Part shown: piece by piece, positions 46,315 to 55,538 of the stretch
Position numbering within the stretch: position 1 is the first letter of the stretch
Layout of the letters: each line of letters opens with the position of its first letter
Assembly: GCA_963847225.1 (NCBI GenBank)
Contig: CAWJYZ010000003.1
Location: 71,365 to 135,364, forward strand
Direction of reading: 5' to 3'
Source: an uncultured bacterium
Lineage (GTDB): Bacteria > Chloroflexota > Dormibacteria > Aeolococcales > Aeolococcaceae
DNA: 64,000 bases
The notes under the pieces: generated by a model
Seen by the model: only the letters and a program-made list of their open reading frames with translations
The model's database searches: none
What the model was told of the DNA's origin: nothing
Program-made: the position numbers and the translations under genes

Positions 46315-48096
46315 TCAGATGGTGTACACGGTGCGCATCACCTCGGTGAGGGTGGTGCGCCCGCTGGCCGCAAGGTCGCAACCGGCCTGCTGCATGGTGC
46401 GCATGCCGCCCGCCACGGCGATGTCGCGCAGCTCCGCGTGATGAGCCTTGGCGACGATGCGCTCGCGGAGCTGGTCGTCGACCTGGAGGCATTCGAACAC
46501 GCCGATGCGCCCGTAGAATCCGGTGCCTCCGCAGCGCTGGCAGCCAACCACCTGCGCGAGGCGCGCGGGGGGCATCTGGCCGGTCGTCGAGGTGAAGAAG
46601 GCTGCCTGGGCGGGGTCCGGCGGGGCGGAGCCGGCGCAGCGTTCACAGGCCAGGCGCACCAGGCGCTGGGCCACGACGCCGATCAGTGCCGAGCTGATCA
46701 GGAAGGGCTCGATGCCCATGTCGATGAACCGGTACACCGCGCCCACGGCGTCGGCCGCATGCATCGAGCAGAGCACGAGGTGTCCGGTGAGGGCCGATTG
46801 GATGGCGATCTGCGCCGTCTCGACATCACGGACCTCGCCGACCAGGATGATGTCGGGGTCCTGGCGGAGGATCGCCTTGAGCCCATTGGCGAAGGTGGTG
46901 CCCGCCAAACGGTTGATCTGAACCTGGTTGATATTCGCGAACCGATACTCGACGGGATCTTCGATGGTGGTGATGTTGCGGGAGCGGCTGTCCAGCTCGC
47001 TGAGAGCGGCATACAGAGTGGTCGTCTTGCCAGCTCCCGTCGGCCCGCTCACGATGAGCATCCCATAGGGGGATTCGATGAGGCGTTCCAGCCTCTGGCG
47101 ATCGACGTCCTGCAGTCCGAGGTCGTGCAAGGGGACAAGGGAGCGGGTGCGATCGAGGAGACGCAGCACCACCTTCTCCCCCCAGATCGTCTCCATGGTG
47201 GAGACGCGGATGTCGACCGGGCGTCCATCGATGTTCATCTCGATCTGACCATCCTGGCTGCGATGGCGATCGACGATGTCCATCTCTGCCATGATCTTGA
47301 GGCGGGAGGCGATCGGCCCCACCAAGGAGGTGGGGAGCGAGTTGACGTCGTGCAGGGCTCCGTCGATGCGGAAGCGGATGCGAAGGCGGTCGGCTTGGGG
47401 CTCGATATGCACGTCGGAGGCTCGGTCCCGAAGCGCCTGCGTGAGCAGAAGGTCGACGATCTGGACCACCGGTGCGTCGGCGCGCAGGGGGATGGCCAGG
47501 GTTGCCCGGGCGGAGGAATCGCGGTCGACCACCGCTCGCCGGACCGCATGGTCGACGCGGTGGAGGACCGTGTAGTAACGGTCCATGGCCTGCTCCAGCG
47601 CCCTCCGGCCGGCCAGGCGAGGGAAGATCGGCTTGCCGATCGCCTCCTCGAGCGCCCGCATCTGCTGGGCGTCGTTGGGATCGATGACGGCGCAGTGGAC
47701 CATGCCCAGCTCGTCAATGAGCAAGGGCAGCGCCTCCAGGGTGCGCGCCATGGACGCGTCGAGCAGGTAGAGGGCCTCGTCCTCGGGGTGCACCTGCTCG
47801 AGATCCACGGCGTTGTGGCCCAGCTGCTTGGCAAGGACGCCGACGATGTCGATCTCTCGAACGCCCTCTTCGACGAGCAGCTCACCGATCCGGCGCTTGT
47901 CGCGGCGCTGCCGGCGGAGAGCGGAGCGGACCACGCCATCCGAGGTGACCCCTTGCTCAACGAGCAACTCCCCAAGGCGGCGCGCGGGCGGCGAAGGTTT
48001 CGATCCCGGTGCCAACTCCCGGTCCCACCGGCCCGTGATCAGCGGCATGATGACGTGCGGACCTTCATCATCGCCGTCTCTCACTTGGCTCTCCAC
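46315..48096 (-). CDS. pilB: Type IV pilus assembly ATPase (GspE/PilB family)
   Basis: N-terminal T2SE_Nter-like 'RRLGELLVEQGV' and 'RRIGELLVEEGV' repeats. Walker A 'VSGPTGAGKTTTLYA', 'ILVGEVRDVETAQIAIQSALTGHLVLCSMHA', and Cys cluster 'CERC...CQRCGGTGFYGR'. Start may be ATG 48048. Confidence 0.85.
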   Translation of the reverse strand: MESQVRDGDDEGPHVIMPLITGRWDRELAPGSKPSPPARRLGELLVEQGVTSDGVVRSALRRQRRDKRRIGELLVEEGVREIDIVGVLAKQLGHNAVDLEQVHPEDEALYLLDASMARTLEALPLLIDELGMVHCAVIDPNDAQQMRALEEAIGKPIFPRLAGRRALEQAMDRYYTVLHRVDHAVRRAVVDRDSSARATLAIPLRADAPVVQIVDLLLTQALRDRASDVHIEPQADRLRIRFRIDGALHDVNSLPTSLVGPIASRLKIMAEMDIVDRHRSQDGQIEMNIDGRPVDIRVSTMETIWGEKVVLRLLDRTRSLVPLHDLGLQDVDRQRLERLIESPYGMLIVSGPTGAGKTTTLYAALSELDSRSRNITTIEDPVEYRFANINQVQINRLAGTTFANGLKAILRQDPDIILVGEVRDVETAQIAIQSALTGHLVLCSMHAADAVGAVYRFIDMGIEPFLISSALIGVVAQRLVRLACERCAGSAPPDPAQAAFFTSTTGQMPPARLAQVVGCQRCGGTGFYGRIGVFECLQVDDQLRERIVAKAHHAELRDIAVAGGMRTMQQAGCDLAASGRTTLTEVMRTVYTI

Positions 48097-48494
48097 ACCC
48101 CGACTGGAGCGGCCGATTCCGCATGATCATGCCGCGCTCCCTCCCCCTCGGGGCGTACGGCGCCGTGACCCTGCTGGGCCCCCTCTCGGTCCCCGCAGCC
48201 CCCCCAGGCCACGACGCCGTCCTATCGCTGTCCCGCACCCCGGTGGGTTCGGGTGGCCCTGAGCTTACCGAGGCCCCCGAGGGATGCACAGCCCCAGTCT
48301 GAGGGCGTGGAGGCGACCCAAATGGGGGGCGTGACGATGCCGGGACGGGAGCGGCATCTCGACCGGCTCATCATGCCGTACCAAATGTGGCGGGATTGGA
48401 GGGACGCTTCGACCGCGTCATGGGTTACGCTTACAGGCCGGTGGGCGGTAGGCGCTCTGCCGCCGATGTTGACCTTCGCGGCGATACACGGGGG

Positions 48495-49385
48495 GTGAAC
48501 GGCGTGGCAGCTGGTGACGAGCTGGAGGCGCAGCTGGCCGAGCTCGAGCGTCAGCGCGGCGAGGGACACATCTCCGAGCTCACCTTCACCGTACAGAAGA
48601 ACCTGCTGCTCACCCTACGCGAGCAGTCGGATCGCCGGCACGCCGTCGCCCTGCGGATCGCTCCGCCACCCGTTCCGCTTCCCCTCCCGGTGCAGAAGGA
48701 ACGGAGGGGGCGCCCGCGACCCGTCCGCCTCCACGCCCTGCCAGCCCGTCTCCCGTCACCTCGAGAGCCGCAGCCAACCGCCCCGCCGCCTCTGCCATCG
48801 GCCCCGGCGGCCGCCACTGGCGGACGATTGCGGCGCGCTCGTCCGATGCTGTGGCTCGTGCCCGCGGCCATCGTCGTCGTGGTGCTCGGAGCCGTCGTCT
48901 TCACGCGTCTCGCCATCCCGGGCCGGACCCCTGGTCAGCCGAGCGGCGTCGCCACGTCCTCGAACCCCGCCTCCAAGGCTCAACCGGGCATCGGAACGTC
49001 CGGCCCGACCGTCCTGACCCTGGACAAGTCCCGCCCGCTTCGCGCCGGCGGGACGGCCACCCTGTTCATCTACTCCGACCATTTCACCCCGGTGGACGTG
49101 GGGAGCAGTCCGCTTCCCTCTGGGAACTTCTTCGCGGCCGCCCAGGTGCAGCTTTGTGCGGGGAGCGCGGCCATGACCGTGTCCCCATCGGCCTTTGTCC
49201 TCATCGAGCCCGACCACTCTCCGGTAACCACCACGGCCGCACCCGGGGAGGGGATGCAGCCGGGGCTTCAGGTGCAGGCGCTGGAGCCCCGGCAGTGCGC
49301 CAGCGGCTGGCTGACCTATGCCGTGGCCACCCGGCCGGCGGCGCTCGACGACACCGCCGACCATCTCAGCTGGGCCATCCCCTAA
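48495..49385 (+). CDS. Single-pass membrane protein: SHOCT-like N-terminal motif, Pro-rich linker, extracytoplasmic beta-sandwich-like domain
   Basis: 'LERQRGEGHISELTFTVQKNLLL' and TM 'MLWLVPAAIVVVVLGAVVF'. Start ambiguous (GTG 48495 or 48504); the ORF opens at 48387. Confidence 0.5.
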   Translation: MNGVAAGDELEAQLAELERQRGEGHISELTFTVQKNLLLTLREQSDRRHAVALRIAPPPVPLPLPVQKERRGRPRPVRLHALPARLPSPREPQPTAPPPLPSAPAAATGGRLRRARPMLWLVPAAIVVVVLGAVVFTRLAIPGRTPGQPSGVATSSNPASKAQPGIGTSGPTVLTLDKSRPLRAGGTATLFIYSDHFTPVDVGSSPLPSGNFFAAAQVQLCAGSAAMTVSPSAFVLIEPDHSPVTTTAAPGEGMQPGLQVQALEPRQCASGWLTYAVATRPAALDDTADHLSWAIP

Positions 49386-49457
49386 GCCCTCCCGGTCACG
49401 GAGGCCCGTTCCGCCGGCACAGCCCCGCCGGACCTCTCCAGGGACGATCCGGGGACG

Positions 49458-51377
49458 TCAGGGGTGGCGGGTGGGGCGACCCTTTCGGCCACTCACGGTC
49501 TCGGCCACGAGGTCGAGCAGATCCCGGGCGGCCAGGGGCTTGAGTCCGAACTGATCGCAGCCGGCGGCCATAGCCTGCGCCGCCATGTCACCCACGCGGT
49601 CAGCGGAGAGGGCCACCACCACGAGCGGCCGTCCCGCTGCCAAGCGCAGATCACCCACGATCTCAAGACCGCTGCCGTCGGGCAGGTGGATGTCGAGGAG
49701 GACGAGGTCAAAGGGTGCCTCTGCCATCTCCTGCAAAGCCCTGCCGCGCGTATCGACCGAGCGCACGCGATACCCGGCTGCGGCGAGCACATCGCGCATC
49801 GAATCGCGGTTCACTGGGTCGTCCTCAACGAGAAGAATGGTCGCCGGCCCCCCATCCGCCCCGGTCACCGCGACCTCACCTCTTGGAGCGCGGAGCAGGC
49901 GCGGCGGCGGCGGCTCGCGGGACGGCCGCAAACTGAACCAGAAGCGGCTTCCCCGACCCAGCTCGCTCACCACCTCGAGGCGGCTCCCGTGCAGCTCTAC
50001 CACGCGTTGCGAGATGGCGAGGCCAAGACCGATCCCGGGGATATCGGCGCTGGCTGCGCGCTCAAAGGGCTCGAAGATCCGCTCTGTCTCGGAAGCCGGT
50101 ATGCCCCGTCCGGTGTCGCACACGGCGAGGAGCACCTTCTCGTCCCTCGTCTCGCATTCGAGCCAGACCCGTCCGCCCGCCGGCGTGAACTTGATCGCAT
50201 TCGTGAACAGGTTGGTCAGCACCTGGCGAAGCCGGATCGGGTCGGCCGCCACCCGCGGGATATCCTTCAGCGACGGCAGCTGTACCGCCACACCCGCCGT
50301 GTCTGCCAGAGGGCAGACGACGCTGGCCACGTCGTTCAGCGTCTCCATCAGGATGAGCGGCTGCAGACGCACGTCCAACCGCCCCGCCTCCAAGCGGCCC
50401 AGGTCGAGGAGGTTATCGACGAGCGCAAGAAGGTTGCTGGCGACGCTGTGTATCCGCTCGCCGACGGTGCGGAGCTGCGCCTCGCTGAGACCTCCCAAGG
50501 AGGGATCGGTCAGCAGCTCGCTGGAGAGCATGATCCCGCTGATCGACCCGCGGAGCTCGTGCGAAAGGTTGCTGAGGAAGGACCGGGTCGCCGCCATCTC
50601 CTTGCGCAGCGAGCGGGTCGCCGCCGCGAGGCGCTCCATGAGCTCCGGTGGCTCAGGTTCGGTCGAGAGGAGGCGTGAACGCGCCAGCTCCGCGGCAACC
50701 CGGGTGAGGAAGCTCTCATCATCCACGGTGAACTCGGCGCCATCCTTCTTGTTGCTGGCGAAGATAAGGCCGATGACCCTGTCATCACGGATCAGCGGCG
50801 CGGCCACGAATGAGGTCATCTCGGGATGACCCGGGGGGAAACCGGAGAAGGCCGGATGCAGGCGGAGGTCCGACAGCCGAATGGGTCGGCCCGCAGCGGC
50901 GATGGCACCGAGGAAGGCGTTGGCCGCGGGTCTCTCCGCGCTGATCCGCGCCTGGATTCCGCGAGCCATTCCCGACTGGGCGAAGGTTCCCGTCGTCCCC
51001 CTGGGGCCGTCCAGGAGAAACAGCGCGGCATAGGTCGCGTTGACGATGGTGCGCACGTCATTGGTCGCCCACTGAGCGGCGCCACTGGGGCGGAGCTGGC
51101 GCAGCAGGGCCAGGTTGGCTCGAACGAGCCGCTGCTGCTCGCTGCGCAGCCGGCGAACGCTGGACCCCTGGTCCGCTCCCTCCGCGAGAATGGAGGCCGC
51201 AGCCAGGGTGGCCGGCGCTTCGAGGAGGCTGGCCCTCTGAGACACTCGTCGATGGCGTTCCGTCAAGGGGCCGCTAGGTGGAGAACTCTGCGGAGGTTCA
51301 GGTGCGAGCGTGCTGCCAAGGGTCACTTCCGCATCCGCGTCATGGTTGCTTCCCCGCGTCCAGCGTGGCTTGCGCAT
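49458..51377 (-). CDS. Hybrid sensor histidine kinase (GAF, HisKA, HATPase_c, receiver)
   Basis: 'LSNLSHELRGSISGIML', 'LTNLFTNAIKFT', 'DTGRGIP', 'GIGLGLAISQRVVELHG'. Receiver 'ILLVEDDPVNRD...DLVLLDIHLPDGSG...LKP'. Confidence 0.85.
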   Translation of the reverse strand: MRKPRWTRGSNHDADAEVTLGSTLAPEPPQSSPPSGPLTERHRRVSQRASLLEAPATLAAASILAEGADQGSSVRRLRSEQQRLVRANLALLRQLRPSGAAQWATNDVRTIVNATYAALFLLDGPRGTTGTFAQSGMARGIQARISAERPAANAFLGAIAAAGRPIRLSDLRLHPAFSGFPPGHPEMTSFVAAPLIRDDRVIGLIFASNKKDGAEFTVDDESFLTRVAAELARSRLLSTEPEPPELMERLAAATRSLRKEMAATRSFLSNLSHELRGSISGIMLSSELLTDPSLGGLSEAQLRTVGERIHSVASNLLALVDNLLDLGRLEAGRLDVRLQPLILMETLNDVASVVCPLADTAGVAVQLPSLKDIPRVAADPIRLRQVLTNLFTNAIKFTPAGGRVWLECETRDEKVLLAVCDTGRGIPASETERIFEPFERAASADIPGIGLGLAISQRVVELHGSRLEVVSELGRGSRFWFSLRPSREPPPPRLLRAPRGEVAVTGADGGPATILLVEDDPVNRDSMRDVLAAAGYRVRSVDTRGRALQEMAEAPFDLVLLDIHLPDGSGLEIVGDLRLAAGRPLVVVALSADRVGDMAAQAMAAGCDQFGLKPLAARDLLDLVAETVSGRKGRPTRHP

Positions 51378-51383
51378 CCTTGC

Positions 51384-52052
51384 CTAGGTCCTATCCGAGA
51401 CGATGCCGAGCCGCATGGCCTTCACGACCGCTTCCAGCTGACTGTGCGCCTCGAGCTTGGCTAGGATGCTCTTCACGTGGCCTCGACACGTATGCAGGCT
51501 GATCCCCAGGCGACGCGCGATCGCTTGCGGGTCGCGGCCCTCGCTGAGCAGGGCGAGCACCTCCGTCTCGCGATCCGTCAGACTGGCATGGCTCGTCACC
51601 GCAGGCACGCCTTCCGGTCTCATGCGGTTGAGCAGGCCATCGAGCACGGCCTGGTCCACCGACATCTCCCCAGCGCCGGCACGGCGAAGCGCCGTGAGGA
51701 CAGCGCTGATGCTGCTCTCCTTGGGAAGGATGCCATGGGCGCCCACCAGGGCAGCGCGTCCCAGCACCTGCATGTCCGCGTAACCGGTGAGCACCACGAT
51801 GCGAAGTTGCGGGCGCAGCTGCAGGAGCCGGCTCGCGGCGTCCAGGCCATCCCCGTCGGGGAGCCGCACGTCGGTGAGCATGACGTCTGGAGCTCCGGTG
51901 ATGACCAGCCCGCGGGCCTCGGCGATGGTGCCGGCGACGCCCACGCAGCGCATGTCGGGTTGCAGGTCGATGGCCATGGCGATGGACTCGGCGACCGCGC
52001 GATGGTCGTCCACCACAAGGATCCCGAGGCGCTTCCGGGGTGGATCAGGCAT
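51384..52052 (-). CDS. NarL/FixJ (LuxR-type) response regulator
   Basis: ATG 52052 with GAGGGGG upstream. 'GILVVDDHRAV', 'DVMLTDVRLPDGDG'. HTH 'LTDRETEVLALLSEGRDPQAIARRLGISLHTCRGHVKSILAKL'. Confidence 0.85.
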   Translation of the reverse strand: MPDPPRKRLGILVVDDHRAVAESIAMAIDLQPDMRCVGVAGTIAEARGLVITGAPDVMLTDVRLPDGDGLDAASRLLQLRPQLRIVVLTGYADMQVLGRAALVGAHGILPKESSISAVLTALRRAGAGEMSVDQAVLDGLLNRMRPEGVPAVTSHASLTDRETEVLALLSEGRDPQAIARRLGISLHTCRGHVKSILAKLEAHSQLEAVVKAMRLGIVSDRT

Positions 52053-52479
52053 CACGAACCCCCTCGTCAGACCGGTGGGGGCGACGGTTGGTGACATGGG
52101 TACAGGCACCACCGGCCAGTAGGGTAGGCAGTGTAGGCGATCGCCCCTCCGGCATGTCCCTAACGCTTACCACGGCGGGCCGGTGCCGGCAAGCCGCCGG
52201 GGCCGATCTCGGGAAGGCTCCAGCGACCACATGGTCCTCCGGCCGTCGTGCCCGGATGCCCGGGTGCGGAGTGGCCAGGCTCCGCGGCAGCGGGTCCTGA
52301 GGGGGCCGGTCACTCCGAGAGAACGAGCCGAGCCGAGGCCGCAGCGCGGCGAGCGGTCAGGCGCTGGCCTATCATCGGGGCCGACGACCGAGCCGTGCGG
52401 GACTCGCGGACAGCCCGCCCACCTCGGTGCTGGACCATGGTTCGCATCGGCTCCTCAGGATGCTCGGAGGGTCAGCACG

Positions 52480-54342
52480 ATGACGCCCCAGCGGGAAGGG
52501 CAGAGCGCGAGCCCAGGCCGGACCCGCCTCCTGGCCGTCACCGTGACCGGGTTCCGAAGCATCCGTGAGCCCCAGCACCTGGTGGTCGAGCCGGATCTCA
52601 CGGTGCTGGCCGGCCGGAACAATGTCGGCAAGACGGCTCTGCTCCATGCGCTCACACTCCCCACCACGGAGCGCCCCGGTTGGAATGACAACTTCCAGCT
52701 CACCATGCGATGGGCGGTCGCGGGGGACGAGCTTCGCTCCGCCTTGGAGGTGTCCTCGTGGTCGGTCGGCGAGGTGACCTCTCGCTTCCTCAATGCCGAG
52801 GAATTAGAACTGGAGTGTCAGATCGAGGGCCTGCGCGACCCGGAGGCGCTTCCCAACGCGACCGAGGAGGTGCTGGGGGACAGCGTGCTCCTGGTGGGCG
52901 GCAAGCCCGCGCTTCAAGTGTCCGCCGCGCGCATCAACTCTGGCACCGTCGCGCTCGCCAGGAAGCACAGCCGGGTGCGTGGCCCGGGACGTGGCACGTT
53001 CACCTGGGAGGCGGGGACCAGTCCGGTGCTTCTGGAATTCGCCCAGGTCCCCGGACTGGTGTTCGACCTGTGTCAGCGTCTACTGACCTCGGTTCTCTAC
53101 ATCGGCCCACGGCGCGCCAGCATCCCTCGCGTCCAGCTCGCCGAGGCCGGCGAGATCTCGCCCGATGGGGAAAACCTCACCAGCGTGCTCGCGGACCTGT
53201 ACATCAATCACCGGCGAACGGTCTACCCCAAGGTGGAGGAGCTCGTCCGCAGTGCCTTCCCCGAGGTTGTGCATGTCGATGTCCACGTCTCCCCGGGCAC
53301 GCCCGCAGTGGCGGAGATCTACGTCGTCTACCCCGGCGAGCCACCCGAGGAGGTGCCCCTGGAGCACTGTGGAACCGGCATCGAACAGCTGCTCATCCTG
53401 GGTGCGGCGATTCTCGGAAGTCCGCGATCCGGACGCACCTTCCTCATCGACGAACCGCACGCCTTCCTCCACCCCCAGGCGGAGCGCAGTCTGCTGAGGC
53501 TCATTCGCCAGCACCCCGAGCACCAGTACATCGTGGCCACCCACTCGCCGCTCTTTCTTCGCACCACCCAGCTGCACAGGGTGCGCCTGCTGCGACGGGA
53601 GGTCAGCGGCACGGTGATCAGGTCCTTCGGCGAGGAGGCCGGGCTGCTGCTCGAGCTGGGCATGACCGCCGATGACGCATGGTCCGGCGACGCCGTCCTC
53701 TGGGTGGAGGGTCAGACGGAGGTCGAGATCTACGGTGTTCTGGGCGAGAACTACCCGGATCTGCTCGGGGGGGTCCGGGTCAAATCCATGCCGGACTACA
53801 TCCGAGCGGCTCGACTGCGACCTCGCGAGATGGGTCGCGTCATCGCCTTGGTCCGTTCCCTCAGCATCGCCCTCCGCCCTTTCGGGGTCCGGACCCTGTT
53901 CCTCTTCAACCCCGATGAGGTCTCCGAGACGCGCAAGCGGAACCTGCTGGAGGGCACTGCCGGGAATGCCATGTTCCAGCCCTGCCGCGAGGTGGAGAAC
54001 CTCCTTCTGGATGCCGGCTCCATCACCGCAGTGTTGAGGCGAAGGCGGGGTGCTCTCGGTCTTTCGCCGGTGTCCGAGGAAACCGTCTCCCAGCGCCTCG
54101 ACGATCTCATGGCGGACGTGACCAACAAGGAGTTCTATCCGACCGGCACCAGGAAGACGGATTCCGCAACGGTGCGCGGCTCGCGAATCCTGAATCGGCT
54201 CTTCGCCTCCTTGGGCAGCCTCGAATACGATCCGGTGCGCGACGCGCGCGCCATCGCCCGGGAGATCATCAGCGCCACGCCGGGAATGCTCACCCCGCTC
54301 CGAGCCGCCGTCGAGGCTCTGAAGCGGCTCCAGCCGGATTGA
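52480..54342 (+). CDS. ABC-type ATPase fused to a Toprim/DUF4435-like domain (OLD-family nuclease / fused PARIS-like candidate defence protein)
   Basis: ATG 52480 with GGAGGG upstream. Walker A 'LAGRNNVGKTALL', signature-like 'CGTGIEQLL', Walker B 'FLIDEPHAFLHP', H-loop 'VATHSPLF'. C-terminal: 'AVLWVEGQTEVEIYG', 'LFLFNPDEVSE', 'CREVENLLLD'. Confidence 0.65.
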   Translation: MTPQREGQSASPGRTRLLAVTVTGFRSIREPQHLVVEPDLTVLAGRNNVGKTALLHALTLPTTERPGWNDNFQLTMRWAVAGDELRSALEVSSWSVGEVTSRFLNAEELELECQIEGLRDPEALPNATEEVLGDSVLLVGGKPALQVSAARINSGTVALARKHSRVRGPGRGTFTWEAGTSPVLLEFAQVPGLVFDLCQRLLTSVLYIGPRRASIPRVQLAEAGEISPDGENLTSVLADLYINHRRTVYPKVEELVRSAFPEVVHVDVHVSPGTPAVAEIYVVYPGEPPEEVPLEHCGTGIEQLLILGAAILGSPRSGRTFLIDEPHAFLHPQAERSLLRLIRQHPEHQYIVATHSPLFLRTTQLHRVRLLRREVSGTVIRSFGEEAGLLLELGMTADDAWSGDAVLWVEGQTEVEIYGVLGENYPDLLGGVRVKSMPDYIRAARLRPREMGRVIALVRSLSIALRPFGVRTLFLFNPDEVSETRKRNLLEGTAGNAMFQPCREVENLLLDAGSITAVLRRRRGALGLSPVSEETVSQRLDDLMADVTNKEFYPTGTRKTDSATVRGSRILNRLFASLGSLEYDPVRDARAIAREIISATPGMLTPLRAAVEALKRLQPD

Positions 54343-54347
54343 GACGC

Positions 54348-54602
54348 TCAGAACGGTGCACAACCCCGAGACCTCCTCAAAGCCGCTATACGGTTAGCCT
54401 TGGCGTCCTTCTTGGAAGCCGACTGGTGCGCCGGCGTCATCGGGGTGTTGTGCATGCCGTGCGCGGCCACCGGGGTGGTCCGGAACAGCATCACCACTCC
54501 GATGAGGACGACGATCGCGCTGGCGATCCCCAGGCGCGTCCTCCGCGAGTGCGGCTCCACTCTGAGGCTCTCTCCGTCCTCATCCCATCGGCTGCGATGC
54601 AT
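54348..54602 (-). CDS. Small single-pass membrane protein, unknown function
   Basis: ATG 54602 directly follows GGAGGGAGGGAG. High GC3. TM 'LGIASAIVVLIGVVMLF', then 'AAHGMHNTPMTPAHQ'. Confidence 0.45.
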   Translation of the reverse strand: MHRSRWDEDGESLRVEPHSRRTRLGIASAIVVLIGVVMLFRTTPVAAHGMHNTPMTPAHQSASKKDAKANRIAALRRSRGCAPF

Positions 54603-54761
54603 CTCCCTCCCTCCAAGCATGCGTGACACCCGCTATCGGGCTATTGCTGATAACGGCGCTGTCAGCTTTTTCCTTGCGCGTGGCCTCCGCCGGAGGGTCG
54701 GGGGAGAGCCTCGAGCGGTCGGCCCGGAGCGGGGGGCCGGTCGCCAGCGAGGAGCCTGGGC

Positions 54762-55538
54762 CTATTCGGGGCGGCGCATCGCCCAGGCGGCCGCGGCGAG
54801 CGCAGCCACGGCATAGAGGGCCAGGGACACCCAGTCGGCGAGGCTGCCCGCGGTGCCTCCCAGGCTCACGTCGCGGAGCAGGGAGATCCCGTAGGTGGAG
54901 GGGAGGAGGCGGAGGAGCCAGACCGCCCAGGCTGAGGCGCCGGCGATGGGTACGACTCCGGCGAAGAGGATGCCCATCATCACCAGGTTGCCGAAGAGCC
55001 CGGCCAGGCCCTCGCGCGGCGAGAGGAGTCCGATGAGGGCACCGATGCCTCCGAGGGCGACGCCGGAGAGGAGAAGGATCGGCAGCATCAAGAGGCTGAC
55101 GTGGAGGGGCAGCCCGTCGAGGAGGCCGCCCTCCAAGCCGATGCAGAGGACGCCCGGCCAGGCGAAGAGCGAATAGCAGAGGGTGAGGATGCCGAGAAAG
55201 AGGGGCTCACTGATGGGCATGAGCCGGTAGTGGTCGAGAGCGCGGCTCTGGCGGAGCCACGCCATCTGCTGGGAGAGCATCACGAGGGTGCTGATGGCCT
55301 CGGCGAGGAGAATGTCGCCGAGCACCACCTGCGCCGTCTCCGTGCGCCCCATGCTCGGCGCCACCATGTGGATGAGGAGGACGATCCCGGCCGGCATCAC
55401 CGCGCTCACCATCACGTAGGGGCGCCAGTGCCGGCGCAGCCCGGCGAGCTGAAGGCGGAAGAGGATCGACACCATGCTCGATGCCGGCGCTCGCGCCGCC
55501 GCGCCGGGAGAGGCGACCGGCGCCGCCGCCGCCGTCAC
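54762..55538 (-). CDS. ABC-2 type transporter permease
   Basis: Six hydrophobic segments. GTG 55538 overlaps the ATPase stop (GTGA); the alternative start is ATG 55475. ORF 54762..56054 is over-extended with an R/P/G-rich artefact. Confidence 0.7.
   Translation of the reverse strand: MTAAAAPVASPGAAARAPASSMVSILFRLQLAGLRRHWRPYVMVSAVMPAGIVLLIHMVAPSMGRTETAQVVLGDILLAEAISTLVMLSQQMAWLRQSRALDHYRLMPISEPLFLGILTLCYSLFAWPGVLCIGLEGGLLDGLPLHVSLLMLPILLLSGVALGGIGALIGLLSPREGLAGLFGNLVMMGILFAGVVPIAGASAWAVWLLRLLPSTYGISLLRDVSLGGTAGSLADWVSLALYAVAALAAAAWAMRRPE

Noticed and set aside
52480-54342. The OLD-like gene as part of a Gabija (GajA/GajB) or retron system
   Set aside because: No UvrD-like helicase, reverse transcriptase or ncRNA-like structure is adjacent. 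The downstream neighbour is a convergent small membrane protein.
54400-54816. 138-aa plus-strand ORF between the OLD-like gene and the ABC permease
   Set aside because: It overlaps the better-supported minus-strand small membrane gene (strong RBS, high GC3) and the permease 3' end, and it has no motifs.
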